Shown here: piece by piece, positions 44,040 to 56,690 of the stretch | How positions within the stretch are numbered: the stretch's first letter is position 1 | Layout: every line of letters begins with the position of its first letter | The notes under the pieces: model-generated | Database searches by the model: none | The model's input: only the letters and a program-made list of their open reading frames with translations | Told to the model about the DNA's origin: nothing | Assembly (NCBI RefSeq): GCF_041689225.1 | Contig: NZ_JBDNGN010000014.1 | Coordinates: 6,635 to 70,634 of the forward strand | Source of the DNA: Hyphomonas sp. | Lineage (GTDB): Bacteria; Pseudomonadota; Alphaproteobacteria; Caulobacterales; Hyphomonadaceae | Direction of reading: 5' to 3' | DNA: 64,000 nt | Program-made: the position numbers and the translations under genes

Positions 44040-45463
44040 GAGGCCAGTCCCCGTGCAGCGTCATACGCCCATTGCGAAAGTTGGTTGATGAATACAAGGA
44101 ACAGGATGCCTGCGACGAACGCCGAGGCGAGCACGGTCAACGTCACCGATCCATCAATCGATTCAAAACGCTCTTTCGGTTCGTCAAACCACATGATCTT
44201 CACGATCCGCAGGTAATATCCAAGCGATACGACAGATGAAATAACGAGGATGATCGCCAGCGGCAGCAAGCCTGCCTCGATGCCGGCGTTGAACACTTCC
44301 CATTTCCCGAAGAAGCCACCGAACGGCGGCAGGCCCGCAATCGAGAAAATCAGGATGGTCAGGGCGATGGCGAGCCATGGACGCGAACTCATCAGGCCGC
44401 CAAGCTCATCAATGCTCTCGACCATTCCGCCCCGGCGGCGCATTGCGAGCACACCTGCAAACAGGCCAAGCGCCGACACCACATAGAGCGTCATGAAGAT
44501 CAACAGAGCCCCTGCCCCGCTGGCCTGTCCAGCGGCGACAGCCACCAGCGCATAGCCGACATTCGCAATCGAGGAATATCCGAGAAGGCGTTTGACATTG
44601 GTCTGTGTCAGCGCGCCAAATGAGCCGATGATCATCGACAGGCCGGCAATGATAGCGACGATCAGCTGCCACTGGTCCATCACGTCGCCAAAGGCCGTGA
44701 ACATCACGTTCGCGAAGACCACCATCGAGGCCATTTTCGGAGCCGAAGCAAAGAAGGCACCCACCGGAGTCGGTGCGCCTTCATAAACGTCCGGCGTCCA
44801 GGCGTGCATCGGTGCGGCTGAAATCTTGAACGCCAGTCCGACAATCATCAGGACCATGCCGAACATCAGGCCAATTGACGGGGCCGAGCTGGAAATCCCG
44901 GCAAAGTTGGTCGTGCCGGAAAATCCGTACACAAGCGAGGCGCCGTAGAGCAGCATGCCGGACGCCAGTGCGCCGAGCACAAAATACTTCAGGCCCGCTT
45001 CCGACGAACGGGCTGAATCCCGGTGGAACGCCGCCAGCACATAGGATGACAGGCTGAGCGTCTCGATGCCCATATAAAGGGTCATCAGGTCAGCCGCCGA
45101 CAGGATCATCCCCATGCCAAGGCTCGCGAAGAGGGTCAGCAGGACATATTCATAACGGATCGTATCATGGCGCTTCAGGAAGCCCTCGGACATGATCAGT
45201 GCAAAGCCGCCCACAGCAAAGCTCACGAATTTCGCGAAGTTCACGAACGTGTTCGTTTTCACCAGGCCACCAAACGCTTCGCCGCCCTGATAGAACATCA
45301 GCGAGAGCGCGGCGGCGCCGAACAGGGCCAGCGCGCCGTATTTGAACGACAGCGCATTGAATCGGTCCTTGAGGATGGCGCCCAGCAGCACGCCGAGCAG
45401 GCCGGCTGCCGCGAGCCACAGCTCCGGACCGATTGCGACGATCATGGCAGTATAGTCGAGCAT
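44036..45463 (-). CDS. nuoN: NADH-quinone oxidoreductase subunit N
   Basis: [53 protein letters not shown]. Confidence 0.98.
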   Translation of the reverse strand: MLDYTAMIVAIGPELWLAAAGLLGVLLGAILKDRFNALSFKYGALALFGAAALSLMFYQGGEAFGGLVKTNTFVNFAKFVSFAVGGFALIMSEGFLKRHDTIRYEYVLLTLFASLGMGMILSAADLMTLYMGIETLSLSSYVLAAFHRDSARSSEAGLKYFVLGALASGMLLYGASLVYGFSGTTNFAGISSSAPSIGLMFGMVLMIVGLAFKISAAPMHAWTPDVYEGAPTPVGAFFASAPKMASMVVFANVMFTAFGDVMDQWQLIVAIIAGLSMIIGSFGALTQTNVKRLLGYSSIANVGYALVAVAAGQASGAGALLIFMTLYVVSALGLFAGVLAMRRRGGMVESIDELGGLMSSRPWLAIALTILIFSIAGLPPFGGFFGKWEVFNAGIEAGLLPLAIILVISSVVSLGYYLRIVKIMWFDEPKERFESIDGSVTLTVLASAFVAGILFLVFINQLSQWAYDAARGLAS

Positions 45464-45469
45464 GGGCCG

Positions 45470-46969
45470 TCAGCCTCCGACCATCAGGGACAGGATGCGG
45501 TTCGCTGCCCCTTCAGTAATGTTGAAAATCAGGTTTGGCGCGACGCCGAACAATATGGTTAGCAAGGCCAGCGGCACGATGCAGACCAGTTCGATCACGT
45601 TCATATCGCTTATGTCGTTGAGTTTCGGGTTGGTGATTTCCCCGAACACGGTGCGCCGATAAAGCGTCAGCATGTAGACGGCCGAGAAGATGACACCCAG
45701 TGCGGCGCCGGCCGCAGCCCATGTCGCCGCCTGGAAGCCGCCAACCATGGTCAGGAATTCGCCGACGAACCCGCTGGTGCCGGGCAGGCCGACATTCGCC
45801 ATCGTGAACAGCATGAACAATGTCGCATAGACCGGCATCCGTTTGACCAGGCCGCCATAGGCCGCGATCTCGCGGGTATGCATGCGGTCGTAAACCACGC
45901 CGACAATCAGGAACAGCGCGCTGGCAATCAGGCCGTGGCTCAGCATCTGGAAAATCGCGCCCTGAACACCAACCTCGTTGAACGAGAAGATGCCGAGCGT
46001 GACAAAACCCATATGTGCGACCGAGGAATAGGCGATCAGCTTCTTCATGTCCGTCTGGCGCCACGCCACCAGCGACGTGTAGACGATCGCGATCACCGCC
46101 AGCGCGAACATCGCCGGCTGGAACAGGTGGCTCGCATCCGGGAACATCGGCAGCGAGAACCGCAGGAATCCGTAACCGCCCATCTTCAACAGTACGCCGG
46201 CCAGTATGACTGAACCGGCCGTGGGGGCCTGCACGTGTGCATCCGGCAACCATGTATGAACTGGCCACATTGGCAGCTTCACCGCAAAGGACGCAGCAAA
46301 GGCCAACCATAGCCATGTCTGGACGTGCGGCGGGAACGCAAATTTCTCGAGAACTTCAATGTCCGACGATCCGGCGGCTTGGAACATGTAGACCACGGCC
46401 ACCAGCATCAGCAGCGAGCCCAGCAATGTGTAGAGGAAGAACTTGAACGCCGCGTAGATCTTTTCCTTGCCGCCCCATATGCCGATGATCAGGAACATCG
46501 GGATCAGCCCGGCCTCGAAGAAAATATAGAACAGGACGATATCGAGCGCGGCAAACACGCCGAGCATGAAGGTCTCGAGCACCAGGAAGGCGACCACGTA
46601 TTCGGTCACGCGCGTATGGATCGAGTTCCAGCTCGCCAGAAGGCAGATCGGCGTCAGGAAAGTTGTCAGCAGGATCAGCGGCATCGACAGGCCATCGACC
46701 CCGACCTTGTACGTGATCTCGCCATACCAGGCATATTGCTCGACAAGCTGGTAGCCTGCTGCATTGGAATCGAATGTCAGGAAGGCGGCGACCGACGCGA
46801 CGAATGTCGCGCTGGAAATGATCAGGCCCGCCAGCAGCGCGGCGCGGCTGTCCTTGCCGGCTTCCTCGCTGCTGAAGCTGCCTGCAGTAGCAGATCGCAC
46901 ACCCATGATGATGAGCGCGCCGATCAGGGGCAGGAAGACAACCGCCGAAATAATGGGAAACCCGCCCAT
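45470..46969 (-). CDS. nuoM: NADH-quinone oxidoreductase subunit M
   Basis: FY.FFE...[48 protein letters not shown]. Confidence 0.98.
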   Translation of the reverse strand: MGGFPIISAVVFLPLIGALIIMGVRSATAGSFSSEEAGKDSRAALLAGLIISSATFVASVAAFLTFDSNAAGYQLVEQYAWYGEITYKVGVDGLSMPLILLTTFLTPICLLASWNSIHTRVTEYVVAFLVLETFMLGVFAALDIVLFYIFFEAGLIPMFLIIGIWGGKEKIYAAFKFFLYTLLGSLLMLVAVVYMFQAAGSSDIEVLEKFAFPPHVQTWLWLAFAASFAVKLPMWPVHTWLPDAHVQAPTAGSVILAGVLLKMGGYGFLRFSLPMFPDASHLFQPAMFALAVIAIVYTSLVAWRQTDMKKLIAYSSVAHMGFVTLGIFSFNEVGVQGAIFQMLSHGLIASALFLIVGVVYDRMHTREIAAYGGLVKRMPVYATLFMLFTMANVGLPGTSGFVGEFLTMVGGFQAATWAAAGAALGVIFSAVYMLTLYRRTVFGEITNPKLNDISDMNVIELVCIVPLALLTILFGVAPNLIFNITEGAANRILSLMVGG

Positions 46970-49098
46970 CAGTTAACTCCTCCAGCGCGCAACCACATGA
47001 CAGCGCCGAAGACGAGCGCAGCCCCAATGATCACGAACGCATAATGATACAGGTAGCCTGTGTGCATCGCCGAGATCCGCCGGGCGCCCCAGCGTGTAAG
47101 CGAAGACACACCGTCAGGTCCGACCCCATCGATAATCTTCTTGTCGGCTTTCCAGAACAGGTTGCCCAGCACGGCCGAGCCCTTGATGAGCGTCGCGTTG
47201 TAGAGTTCGTCGAAATACCATTTGTTCGAGAACAGGGCATGGAGCGGACCGCCACTGTCGGCGATACGCTTGCCGAACCCGCGATTGAAGAAATAGGTCA
47301 TGGTCGCAATCACAAAGCCTGCCAGCGTGACGGCCAGCGGCGCCCACAGCACCCATTCAGGCACATTGTGACGGTCGTGAAGCACGTGGTTCTCGGCGGC
47401 CGAATAGATCGCACCGCCCCAGAATGCGCTTTCCTTGCCGCCGACAAACCAGTCGTGGAAATAAAATCCCGCGAAGACAGCCCCCAGGCTGAGCAACGCC
47501 AGTGGCACCAGCATGATCGCCGGGCTTTCGTGCGGCACGTGCGCATGGTCGTCATGCTTGTGGCCATGGTCGTCCGCTGCAGCGAGCCCATGATCGTCAT
47601 GATGCTCCGCGGACGCCTGCGGCCCATGGAATGTCATGTAGATGAGGCGCCAGGAATAGAAGCTCGTCAGCAGTGCGGCGACGATGCCGAACCAGAAGGC
47701 GACCTGACCGAACATCACGTGATGCTCGCCCGCGGCGAACGCGCTCTCCAGGATCGCATCCTTCGAGAAGAAGCCGGAGAAACCGATAAGCGTGTGCGGA
47801 ATGCCGAGACCAATGATGGCAATCGTGCCGATCAGCATCGCCGCATAGGTCAGCGGCATGAATTTCGCGAGCCCCCCCATTTTTCGCATGTCCTGCTCAT
47901 GGTGCATGCCGTGAATGACGGAGCCTGCGCCGAGGAACAGCAGTGCCTTGAAGAAAGCGTGCGTGAAGAGGTGGAACATGGCGGCTTCATAGGCGCCGAT
48001 ACCGGCTGCAAAGAACATGTAACCCAGCTGCGAACAGGTCGAATAGGCAATCACGCGCTTGATGTCATTCTGCGCCAGGCCGACCGTCGCGGCATAGAGC
48101 GCGGTGACCGCGCCCACGATCGTGACCATGCCGGCGGCATAGAGCGTGTGCTCGTACAGGGGCGACATAAGGCAAACCAGGTAGACACCTGCTGTAACCA
48201 TGGTCGCCGCGTGGATCAGGGCCGAAACAGGTGTCGGGCCTTCCATCGCGTCCGGCAGCCAGACATGCAGGAAGAACTGGGCCGACTTGCCCATCGCGCC
48301 GATGAACAGAAGGACGCCGATCAGTTCGAGCGCGTAGACGCGCTGCCCGAGGAATTCGATGACGGCTTCCTGCGCCGGGGCTGCCTCAGCGAAGGCCATT
48401 GGCGTTACCACGGCGTTTTCGCGAATGGCGCTGAGAACGGGTTCGAACTCGACCGATCCGAAGACGAAGAACACAGCCATGATACCAAGCGCGAGGCCGA
48501 AATCGCCGACGCGGTTAGTCACGAAGGCCTTGATTGAGGCGTCGTTGGGCGCCTTCTTCGTGTACCAGAAACCGATCAACAGGTAGGACGCCAGTCCGAC
48601 GCCTTCCCAGCCGAAAAAGAGCTGGATGAAATTGTCGGCCACGACCAGCGACAGCATCGCGAACGTAAACAGCGAAAGGTAGGCGAAGAAGCGCGACCGG
48701 TGCGGGTCTTCGCTCATATAGCCCCATGAATAGAGGTGTACGAGCCCGGAAACGCCGGTGATCACCGCCATCATGACAATGGACAGCGCATCTATCCGGA
48801 TCGCCCAGTTCGCGTGGAAATTGCCGACGTCGATCCAGGGCAGCAATGTGATCACATGCGCGCCATTGGCGGCAACAGCTTCAACCGCGTGGCCGGCCGC
48901 TTCGCCATGCCCCTCAGCGCCGACAATCCCGGCGGCATAGGCAAACAGCTGGAACAGCGACAAGGCACCGGCCGTCAGCACGACGCCCGTCGTCAGGAAC
49001 ATCACCGGCAAATCGCCGATCTGTTTGTGGACGAGGCCCGTGAGCGCTACGATTCCGGGCGCGAGCACGATGAAGATAATGAAGATATCCGGCAGCAT
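46969..49098 (-). CDS. nuoL: NADH-quinone oxidoreductase subunit L
   Basis: [71 protein letters not shown]. Confidence 0.98.
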   Translation of the reverse strand: MLPDIFIIFIVLAPGIVALTGLVHKQIGDLPVMFLTTGVVLTAGALSLFQLFAYAAGIVGAEGHGEAAGHAVEAVAANGAHVITLLPWIDVGNFHANWAIRIDALSIVMMAVITGVSGLVHLYSWGYMSEDPHRSRFFAYLSLFTFAMLSLVVADNFIQLFFGWEGVGLASYLLIGFWYTKKAPNDASIKAFVTNRVGDFGLALGIMAVFFVFGSVEFEPVLSAIRENAVVTPMAFAEAAPAQEAVIEFLGQRVYALELIGVLLFIGAMGKSAQFFLHVWLPDAMEGPTPVSALIHAATMVTAGVYLVCLMSPLYEHTLYAAGMVTIVGAVTALYAATVGLAQNDIKRVIAYSTCSQLGYMFFAAGIGAYEAAMFHLFTHAFFKALLFLGAGSVIHGMHHEQDMRKMGGLAKFMPLTYAAMLIGTIAIIGLGIPHTLIGFSGFFSKDAILESAFAAGEHHVMFGQVAFWFGIVAALLTSFYSWRLIYMTFHGPQASAEHHDDHGLAAADDHGHKHDDHAHVPHESPAIMLVPLALLSLGAVFAGFYFHDWFVGGKESAFWGGAIYSAAENHVLHDRHNVPEWVLWAPLAVTLAGFVIATMTYFFNRGFGKRIADSGGPLHALFSNKWYFDELYNATLIKGSAVLGNLFWKADKKIIDGVGPDGVSSLTRWGARRISAMHTGYLYHYAFVIIGAALVFGAVMWLRAGGVN

Positions 49099-49104
49099 CA
49101 GCCT

Positions 49105-49413
49105 CTAACCTTTCATAAGGTCGACATTCTCGACCGCAATATCGCCGCGATTGCGGAAATAGACGACGAGGATGGCGAGGCCGACAGCCGCTTCAGCCGC
49201 CGCCACGGTCAGGACCAGCATGGCGAAGATCTGCCCGGCGATATCGCCGTTGAAGACCGAGAAGGCAATCAGGTTCAGGTTCACCGACAGGAGGATCAGT
49301 TCGATCGCCATGAGGATGACGATGATGTTCTTCCGGTTCACGAAGATGCCGACGACACCGATCGTGAACAGCGCTGCCGATACGGTAAGATAATGGGAGA
49401 GCCCAAGGTCCAT
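49105..49413 (-). CDS. nuoK: NADH-quinone oxidoreductase subunit K
   Basis: RKN.I.ILM.IEL.L, GQ.FA...[14 protein letters not shown]. Confidence 0.98.
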   Translation of the reverse strand: MDLGLSHYLTVSAALFTIGVVGIFVNRKNIIVILMAIELILLSVNLNLIAFSVFNGDIAGQIFAMLVLTVAAAEAAVGLAILVVYFRNRGDIAVENVDLMKG

Positions 49414-49417
49414 GATA

Positions 49418-50041
49418 TCAGATCCCCTGCCCGGAGCTCGGGTCTTTCAATTCGAAGGCGTCCGACCGGCGACGCGATGTCTGCTTTGCGACACTCTGGC
49501 GTTTGACACCCGGGCGATGGCGCAGCGTCAGCACGATCGCGCCAATCATGGCGACCAGTAGGATGATCCCCGCCATCTGGAACAGCAGCATGTACTGGGT
49601 GTACATCACCTGCCCGATGGCCTCGGCATTGGTTGCCGCGCCCGGCGACGCATCAAACGTGCTGACATGACTCTCAAGGCCCGCGAACGACGCGAGCACG
49701 ATCTCGGCGAGGAAGACCGCGCCGACCAAAAGCCCGAACGGCAGGTAACTTAAAAAGCCCTGTTTCAGTTCGACAAAATCAACGTCGAGCATCATCACGA
49801 CGAACAGGAACAGCACCGCGACCGCGCCGACATAGACGACGACAAGCAGCATGGCGAGGAACTCGGCCCCGATCAGTACCAGCAGGCCCGCCGACGTGAA
49901 GAAGGCCAGGATCAGGAACAAAACCGAGTGCACGGGATTGCGTGCCGCGATCACCATGACCGCCGACAGGACCACGATCGTGGCCAGTATCCAGAATACG
50001 TAAACTGCCAAAGCCCTCAAAGCCCCTAATTGGTGAAGCAT
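49418..50041 (-). CDS. nuoJ: NADH-quinone oxidoreductase subunit J
   Basis: [14 protein letters not shown]...[28 protein letters not shown]. Confidence 0.97.
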   Translation of the reverse strand: MLHQLGALRALAVYVFWILATIVVLSAVMVIAARNPVHSVLFLILAFFTSAGLLVLIGAEFLAMLLVVVYVGAVAVLFLFVVMMLDVDFVELKQGFLSYLPFGLLVGAVFLAEIVLASFAGLESHVSTFDASPGAATNAEAIGQVMYTQYMLLFQMAGIILLVAMIGAIVLTLRHRPGVKRQSVAKQTSRRRSDAFELKDPSSGQGI

Positions 50042-50090
50042 GAGAGGCCCCTGCCTCCATGCTCCGGTTCAGTCATACTGCAAGGCGGCC

Positions 50091-50576
50091 CTAACGGTAG
50101 GGCGCGTCGAGCTCCAGGTTCTTCGCGATCAGGCGTTCCCACCGGTCGCCATTCGCTAACAGGCGGTCCTTGTCGTAGAAAAGTTCTTCACGCGTCTCGG
50201 TCGCAAATTCAAAGTTCGGCCCTTCGACAATCGCGTCCACCGGGCAGGCCTCCTCGCAGAAGCCGCAATAGATGCACTTCACCATGTCGATATCATAACG
50301 CGTCGTCCGGCGAGCGCCGTCCTCGCGCGGTTCGGCCTCGATCGTGATCGCCTGCGCCGGGCAGACCGCCTCGCACAGCTTGCAGGCGATGCAGCGCTCT
50401 TCGCCGCTCGGATAGCGGCGCAGTGCGTGCTCGCCGCGGAACCTCGGGCTCAGCGGGTTCTTCTCGAACGGATAATTTATGGTCGCCTTGCGGCGGAACA
50501 TTTCCCGCAGTGCCGACCAGAAGGCCCCGATAAAATCGGTCAGCAGCGCGCCGCGAATGGTCTGTGCAATGCTCAT
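50091..50576 (-). CDS. nuoI: NADH-quinone oxidoreductase subunit I
   Basis: Two CxxCxxCxxxCP ferredoxin motifs ([24 protein letters not shown]). Confidence 0.99.
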   Translation of the reverse strand: MSIAQTIRGALLTDFIGAFWSALREMFRRKATINYPFEKNPLSPRFRGEHALRRYPSGEERCIACKLCEAVCPAQAITIEAEPREDGARRTTRYDIDMVKCIYCGFCEEACPVDAIVEGPNFEFATETREELFYDKDRLLANGDRWERLIAKNLELDAPYR

Positions 50577-51664
50577 AATTGTACTCCGGTATAAACGACA
50601 TAGCCCGCCACGATCAGAACGGCTGCAAGCGACGTCGGCAGGAAGATTTTCCAGCCCAAGCGCATCAGCTGGTCATAGCGGTAACGGGGCACGATGGCCT
50701 TCACCATGGCGAACATGAAGAAGAAAAAGAGGATCTTGACCATGAACCAGAACAGGCCCGACAGGCTGAGCAGCAGCGGCGGCCAGTCCTGCACGGCGTC
50801 TCCGAGGGCGAATGGCCCGTGCCAGCCGCCAAGAAAGAGGACAGTCATCATCGCGCACATCAGCACGATGTTGAGATACTCGCCCAGCATGAAGAGGAGA
50901 TAGGGCGTCGAGCCATATTCGACCTGGTAACCGGCGACGAGTTCGGATTCCGCTTCGGGCAGGTCGAACGGTGGACGGTTTGTCTCTGCCAGCGCCGAGA
51001 TGAAGAACATCACGAACATCGGGAACATCACGAAGATCAGCGGAAAGTATTGCAGGCTGAAGGCGTGCCAGTTCCAGAAACCACCGGCCTGGTTCTCGAC
51101 AATGACGCTCAGGTTCATCGATCCGCTCAACAGGATAACGGTGACGATGATGAAGCCGATAGAAACCTCATAAGACACCATTTGCGCCGCCGAGCGCAGC
51201 GCGCCAAGGAACGGATATTTCGAGTTCGAGGCCCAGCCGCCCATGATGATGCCATAGACGCCGAGCGAACTGATGGCGAAGAGATAGAGAACACCGACGT
51301 TCAGGTTCGACACGACCCAGCTGGTTCCCGACACCGTTCCCGGCGCGACAGGAATAGCCGCCCACGCCACGAAGGAGAGCGTACAGGTCAGGATCGGCGC
51401 GAGGATGAACACCGTCTTGTTCGCGCCCGCCGGTATGACGATTTCCTTGAGCAGGAATTTGCCGAAGTCGGCAAATGACTGGAGCAGGCCAAACGGACCG
51501 ACGACATTAGGGCCTTTCCGCATCATGACAGCGGCCCAGATCTTCCGGTCCAGCAAGAGCAGGAAAGCAATCGACAACAACAGTACGAGGGTGAACAGGC
51601 CAACCTGGCCAAGCACCATCCAGAAGCCGGTAAAGTCGCCGAAAGACTCGATGAGATTGCTCAT
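50573..51664 (-). CDS. nuoH: NADH-quinone oxidoreductase subunit H
   Basis: [51 protein letters not shown]. Confidence 0.98.
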   Translation of the reverse strand: MSNLIESFGDFTGFWMVLGQVGLFTLVLLLSIAFLLLLDRKIWAAVMMRKGPNVVGPFGLLQSFADFGKFLLKEIVIPAGANKTVFILAPILTCTLSFVAWAAIPVAPGTVSGTSWVVSNLNVGVLYLFAISSLGVYGIIMGGWASNSKYPFLGALRSAAQMVSYEVSIGFIIVTVILLSGSMNLSVIVENQAGGFWNWHAFSLQYFPLIFVMFPMFVMFFISALAETNRPPFDLPEAESELVAGYQVEYGSTPYLLFMLGEYLNIVLMCAMMTVLFLGGWHGPFALGDAVQDWPPLLLSLSGLFWFMVKILFFFFMFAMVKAIVPRYRYDQLMRLGWKIFLPTSLAAVLIVAGYVVYTGVQL

Positions 51665-51673
51665 GCCGCCGCC

Positions 51674-53773
51674 CTACTCCGCTGCTACCGGAGTGTCTAG
51701 AGCCGTGCTGAGCGCTGAGCACTCCGCCATGGTCTTGGACGCCCGCGCGATGGGATTGGTCAGGTAGAAATCATCTATCACTGGGGCAAAAGCGTCCGCC
51801 TTGATCGTGCCGCCAACACCGCTGACGTCAGCTTGCAGCGCACTGACGCCGCCTGCCCCCGGCGCAAACCCCTGTCCGGAAAAGACCGTGCTTTCGCCAT
51901 CAGCGCCGCGCAGGCCTGCCCGCAACGCGTCGGCCGTGTCGTAGGGCAGAGTCTGGCCCATGACTTGCGACAGTGCGCGGAAAATGGCCCAGCCTTCGCG
52001 GGCCTCGCCCTTGGGTTGGACAGCGCGTGTCGTCATCTGGACGCGCCCTTCCGTGTTCACATAGGTGGCGTCCATCTCGGTATAAGTTGCGCACGGCAGG
52101 ATGATGTCCGCGCGTGCCGCGCCCGCATCACCATGCGATCCGACATAGATCACCGTCGCGCCGCCAAGACCGGACAGGTCCGCCTCGTCTGCGCCGAGCA
52201 GGACAACTGTCTCCATCCCACCGCCAAGAATGGCGCCCGTCGCCTTGCCATTGTCGCCCGGCACGAAACCCACATCGAGCGCGCCGACACGGCCGGCTGC
52301 ATTGTGCAGGACGCCGAACCCGGCCCAGCCATCCGCGACAGCACCGACATCCTGCGCCAGCTTTAGGGCAGCACTCAGGATCGCCTCACCGTCAGCACGA
52401 CAGAGCGCGCCTTCACCCACAACGACCATCGGCCGCTTGGCGTCCTTGAGAATTTTGTAGAAGTCGCTGCCAGCGACGTTGGCCAAGGCGTCTCCGCCGT
52501 AACCAAGATGGTCGTAGTCATAAGTCAGGTCGGCTGCGTCGCCGATCATGCCGACCTTCAGGTCGCCCCACAGCCACGACTTGCGGATGCGGGCATTCCA
52601 GACCGCCGCTTCGACGCGCGGGTTGGTGCCGATCAGCAACAGCGCATCGGCCTCTTCCACGCCCATCAGCGTCGGGTTGAGGATATAGCGCTCGCGCACA
52701 CCGTCGGTGCCGTAAGCGGCGCCAGCAGGACGGCAGTCCGTATTCTGTACGCGGAGCGCCCGGAACAGGTCGAGTGCTGCCTTGGCCTGCTCCACTTCGA
52801 TCAGGTCACCGGCGACAACGCCGATCTTGTCGGCAGTCACGGAAAGCGCCGTCTGCGCAGCAGCAAATGCCTCGCCCCAGGTCGTCGGCACGAGTTTGCC
52901 GTTGACCCGCATATAAGGTTTGTCGAGGCGCTGGCGGGCCAGCCCGTCCCAGACGAAGCGGGATTTGTCGGAAATCCACTCCTCGTTCACTTCCTCATTG
53001 GTATCCGGCAGGATCCGCATCACGCCGTCGCCCTTGGCATCGACGCGGATCGCCGCGCCCATCGCATCCATGACGTCTATCGAGGACGTCTTGCGCAGCT
53101 CCCACGGGCGCGCATTGAAGGCGTAAGGCTTGGAGGTCAGCGCGCCGACCGGGCAGAGGTCGATAACGTTACCGGACAGTTCCGAGGTCAGAGACTTTTC
53201 GAGATAGGTCGTGATCTCGGCATTCTCGCCGCGCGAGATCATGCCGATTTCCTCGACGCCTGCGACTTCAGCGGCGAACCGGATACAGCGCGTACACTGG
53301 ATGCAGCGCGTCATGATCGTCTTGACCAGCGGCCCCATGTTCTTGTCGACGACAGCGCGCTTGTTTTCGTCATAGCGGCTGCCGCCCCGGCCATAGGCCA
53401 TGGCCTGGTCCTGCAGGTCGCATTCGCCGCCCTGGTCGCAGATCGGGCAATCAAGCGGGTGGTTGATCAGCAGGAATTCCATCACGCCGTTGCGGGCCTT
53501 CTGGACATAGTCGCCCTTGGTCCGCACGTTCGGCGCCGATCCGTCCCGGTTCGGGCGCATGTCGCCGACGGTCTGGGCGCACGAGGCAATCGGCTTCGGC
53601 GCGCCTTCCCATTCGACGAGGCACATGCGGCAATTGCCGGCAACAGAGAGCCGCTCATGGTAGCAGAAGCGCGGAATCTCGGCGCCCGCTTCCTCGCACG
53701 CCTGCATCAGCGTGTAGTGCTTCGGCACCTCGATGTCCTGGCCATCGATATTGAGCTTGAACGTGTCGGTCAT
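51674..53773 (-). CDS. nuoG: NADH-quinone oxidoreductase subunit G
   Basis: IPRFCYH..L..AGNCRMCLVE, NHPLDCPICDQGGECDLQD, RCI.CTRC.RF, DLCPVGAL. Confidence 0.99.
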   Translation of the reverse strand: MTDTFKLNIDGQDIEVPKHYTLMQACEEAGAEIPRFCYHERLSVAGNCRMCLVEWEGAPKPIASCAQTVGDMRPNRDGSAPNVRTKGDYVQKARNGVMEFLLINHPLDCPICDQGGECDLQDQAMAYGRGGSRYDENKRAVVDKNMGPLVKTIMTRCIQCTRCIRFAAEVAGVEEIGMISRGENAEITTYLEKSLTSELSGNVIDLCPVGALTSKPYAFNARPWELRKTSSIDVMDAMGAAIRVDAKGDGVMRILPDTNEEVNEEWISDKSRFVWDGLARQRLDKPYMRVNGKLVPTTWGEAFAAAQTALSVTADKIGVVAGDLIEVEQAKAALDLFRALRVQNTDCRPAGAAYGTDGVRERYILNPTLMGVEEADALLLIGTNPRVEAAVWNARIRKSWLWGDLKVGMIGDAADLTYDYDHLGYGGDALANVAGSDFYKILKDAKRPMVVVGEGALCRADGEAILSAALKLAQDVGAVADGWAGFGVLHNAAGRVGALDVGFVPGDNGKATGAILGGGMETVVLLGADEADLSGLGGATVIYVGSHGDAGAARADIILPCATYTEMDATYVNTEGRVQMTTRAVQPKGEAREGWAIFRALSQVMGQTLPYDTADALRAGLRGADGESTVFSGQGFAPGAGGVSALQADVSGVGGTIKADAFAPVIDDFYLTNPIARASKTMAECSALSTALDTPVAAE

Positions 53774-53780
53774 GTCTTCC

Positions 53781-55085
53781 CTACTCCGCCGCGATCACTG
53801 CGCCCTGCACCATGGCGCGGGGCAGACGGTATTCGTTGATACGGGCTTCGATTTCTGGCCGGAAATGGCGGATCAGGCCCTGGATCGGCCAGGCCGCCGC
53901 GTCGCCAAACGCGCAGATCGTGTGGCCTTCGACCTGATTGGTCACGTCGAGCAGCGTGTCGATCTCGTCATGCTCGGCCTCGCCTTTGACCATGCGTTCC
54001 ATCACCCGCCACATCCAGCCGGTGCCTTCGCGGCACGGCGTGCACTGGCCACAGGATTCGTGCTTGTAGAAGTAAGCGAGGCGCGCGATCGCCTTGATCA
54101 GGTCGGTGTCCTTGTCCATCACGATGACGGCCGCCGTACCGAGACCTGACTTGAGGTCGCGCAGCGTGTCGAAATCCATATAGGCGTCCATGATCTGGTC
54201 GGCCGGCACCATCGGCACCGACGACCCGCCCGGGATCACGGCTTTCAGATTGTCCCAGCCGCCGCGAATGCCGCCGCAATGGGTCTCGATCAGGTCGCGG
54301 AACGAGATCGACATCTCTTCTTCCACATTGCACGGCTTGTTCACGTGGCCGGAGATGCAGAACAGCTTGGTGCCGGAATTGTTCGGACGGCCGAAGCCGG
54401 CGAACCATTCCGCGCCGCGCCGCAGGATTGTCGGCGCAACCGCAATCGACTCGACATTGTTCACAGTCGTCGGGCAGCCATAGAGGCCCGCATTCGCCGG
54501 GAATGGCGGCTTGATGCGCGGCTGGCCCTTCTTGCCTTCAAGGCTTTCGAGCAGCGCGGTCTCCTCGCCGCAGATATACGCGCCGGCGCCGTGATGGACG
54601 TAGATGTCGAAATCCCATCCGTTCACATTGTTCTGGCCGATCAGCTTGGCCTCATAGGCCTCCTTGATCGCCGCTTCCATCGCGTGGCGCTCGGCAATGT
54701 ACTCGCCGCGCAGGTAGACATAACACTTGTGAGCCAGCATCGCGCGGCTCGCCACCATGCAGCCCTCGATCAGCAGGTGCGGATCGTGGCGCATGATCTC
54801 GCGGTCCTTGCAGGTGCCCGGCTCGGACTCGTCCGCGTTGACGACCAGATAATGTGGGCGCTCGCGCACCTCTTTCGGCATGAAGGTCCATTTCAGGCCT
54901 GTCGGGAATCCCGCGCCGCCACGTCCACGCAAACCGCTGGCCTTGATCTGGTCGCAGATCCAGTCGGGCCCGAGCGCCAGCATCTCGCGCGTCAGGTGCC
55001 AGGCGCCACGCTTTTGCGCGGCTTCCAGGCCCGGTGAGTGGAGCCCGTAGAGATTGGTGAAGATGCGGTCCTTGTCCTGCAACAT
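53781..55085 (-). CDS. nuoF: NADH-quinone oxidoreductase subunit F
   Basis: [53 protein letters not shown]. Confidence 0.99.
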   Translation of the reverse strand: MLQDKDRIFTNLYGLHSPGLEAAQKRGAWHLTREMLALGPDWICDQIKASGLRGRGGAGFPTGLKWTFMPKEVRERPHYLVVNADESEPGTCKDREIMRHDPHLLIEGCMVASRAMLAHKCYVYLRGEYIAERHAMEAAIKEAYEAKLIGQNNVNGWDFDIYVHHGAGAYICGEETALLESLEGKKGQPRIKPPFPANAGLYGCPTTVNNVESIAVAPTILRRGAEWFAGFGRPNNSGTKLFCISGHVNKPCNVEEEMSISFRDLIETHCGGIRGGWDNLKAVIPGGSSVPMVPADQIMDAYMDFDTLRDLKSGLGTAAVIVMDKDTDLIKAIARLAYFYKHESCGQCTPCREGTGWMWRVMERMVKGEAEHDEIDTLLDVTNQVEGHTICAFGDAAAWPIQGLIRHFRPEIEARINEYRLPRAMVQGAVIAAE

Positions 55086-55088
55086 GTC

Positions 55089-55895
55089 CTAGTCCTCATC
55101 ACTCTTCTTGGCGGGTGGTCCGTCGCGCTTCGGCAGCAGGGTCGTTTTGGCTCCCGGCGCGGCATCGGGCGTTTCGCGCTTCGTATTGGTTGGCGCCGAT
55201 TCCTTCGGCATGCCCTTGGCGTCTGCGTTTGCATCCTCCGCCGGAACAGGTGGGTTCGGCAATGAAGACGTCTTGTTCCGCGTCCCATCGAACAGGTGCG
55301 GCTCGGTCAGCACGGTCGTGCCGCCTTCGGGGCCGCTATTGACGCGGTCGATTTGCGGGCCCGGATGAACTTCAGCGCCGTGCTTCAGCTTCGACAGGAT
55401 ATTGCTGAAGCTGTCCGCCGTGAGATCCTCAAAATAGTCGTCATTGATCTGCGCCATCGGCGCGTTCACGCAGGCGCCAAGGCATTCGACCTCTTCCCAT
55501 GACAGGCGCTTGTCGTCGGTAACGAACATGGCCGGGCCGATATCCTTCTTGCAGACTTCCTTCAGCGCTTCCGCGCCGCGCAGCATGCAGGGCGTCGTGC
55601 CACACAGCTGGATGTGGAATTTGCCCACCGGCTGCATCCGGAACATCGTGTAGAAAGTCGCCACTTCGTAGACGCGGATATACGCCATCTCCAAGCGGTC
55701 GGCGACTTCGCGCATAGCCGGCTCGGACAACCAGCCATTATTGTCCTTCTGGGCCAGCCAAAGCATCGGAATCACGGCCGAGCGCTGCCGGTCCGCCGGA
55801 TACTTGGCCCGCCAGAACGCAATCTTGTCCTCAGTCTCGGGCTTGAAGGCGAACGTGTCGCCGCCTGCCTCGATATCAAACCGGCGCAATGCCAT
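55089..55895 (-). CDS. nuoE: NADH-quinone oxidoreductase subunit E (C-terminal extension)
   Basis: EVATFY.MF, CGTTPC.LRG, ECLGAC.NAP. Confidence 0.98.
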   Translation of the reverse strand: MALRRFDIEAGGDTFAFKPETEDKIAFWRAKYPADRQRSAVIPMLWLAQKDNNGWLSEPAMREVADRLEMAYIRVYEVATFYTMFRMQPVGKFHIQLCGTTPCMLRGAEALKEVCKKDIGPAMFVTDDKRLSWEEVECLGACVNAPMAQINDDYFEDLTADSFSNILSKLKHGAEVHPGPQIDRVNSGPEGGTTVLTEPHLFDGTRNKTSSLPNPPVPAEDANADAKGMPKESAPTNTKRETPDAAPGAKTTLLPKRDGPPAKKSDED

Positions 55896-56345
55896 CTAAA
55901 CGTCCTCCGCGGAGGGCAGCACGACGCGGCCTGCCTCATCCAGTGTCCAAAACGGGTTGAATGCGACTTCCCAGGCATTGCCCTCGGGATCCGCGAAATA
56001 TCCGGAATAGCCGCCCCAGAATGCCTTGTGCGGCGCCGTGGTAATTTTCACGCCAGCATCCTTGAGCCGCGCGAAAATTCCGTCGACCTCTTCGATGGAT
56101 CGCGCATTGTAGGCCAGCGCAACGCCCTTGAAATCGCCGGCGCGATTATGCGGCAGGCCGGCATCCTTAGCGAGCCTGTCTTCTTCCCAGAGACCGAGCA
56201 GGAAGCCGCCCATGTCGAACAGGGTCATCCCTTCGGGGCCGACATTCCTGAACCCGATAACATCCTCATAGAACGCCGTCAGGGCCGCGCGGTCCTGCAC
56301 GCCCAATGTCATGATCGAAAGACGATGTTCCGGGAGGACAGCCAT
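55896..56345 (-). CDS. VOC/glyoxalase-bleomycin resistance family protein inside the nuo operon
   Basis: S..TLGV.D......FY, LAYN..S..EVD, P....WGGYSGYFADP.G..WEVA.NP. Confidence 0.9.
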   Translation of the reverse strand: MAVLPEHRLSIMTLGVQDRAALTAFYEDVIGFRNVGPEGMTLFDMGGFLLGLWEEDRLAKDAGLPHNRAGDFKGVALAYNARSIEEVDGIFARLKDAGVKITTAPHKAFWGGYSGYFADPEGNAWEVAFNPFWTLDEAGRVVLPSAEDV

Positions 56346-56348
56346 CAA

Positions 56349-56690
56349 TCAACTTCCCCGCGCAAAATCGACGCGGGCGATCTTGCCATCACGGAGCGTA
56401 TAGATCGCCGCGACTTCGAAATTGTCACCGCCGGGCGCGCGCTCGACACGCTCATGAACCATCACGATGGAACCGAGGTCGATCTGGTTGACCACGTCTG
56501 CCCGGTTTTCCGGAAACTCGGCAAACAGGTCTAGGTGGCGCGCGCGAATGGCACCATGGCCCGACTGGCTCACGGCGCTATTGAGGCCCGCCAGCTCGGC
56601 ATCCTCGGCATAGAATGCCATGAAGGCCTCAATGTCCTGCGCATTGTAGGCATCAAGTTGGCGCTGGACGAGATCGGTCGAGGCGCTCAA
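56349..56690 (-). CDS. SnoaL-like / NTF2-fold protein inside the nuo operon
   Basis: V.RQL.AYN..DI.AF...YA.DA, G...IR.R....F, V..HE.V, AIY....GKI; TTG start overlaps the nuoD TGA. Confidence 0.87.
   Translation of the reverse strand: MSASTDLVQRQLDAYNAQDIEAFMAFYAEDAELAGLNSAVSQSGHGAIRARHLDLFAEFPENRADVVNQIDLGSIVMVHERVERAPGGDNFEVAAIYTLRDGKIARVDFARGS

Noticed and set aside
47529-47610. His-rich loop in NuoL ([17 protein letters not shown])
   Set aside because: A common feature of alphaproteobacterial NuoL; not unusual.
55089-55300. Low-complexity C-terminal extension of NuoE, and acidic tails of SecG and RpsB
   Set aside because: Typical of alphaproteobacterial orthologs.
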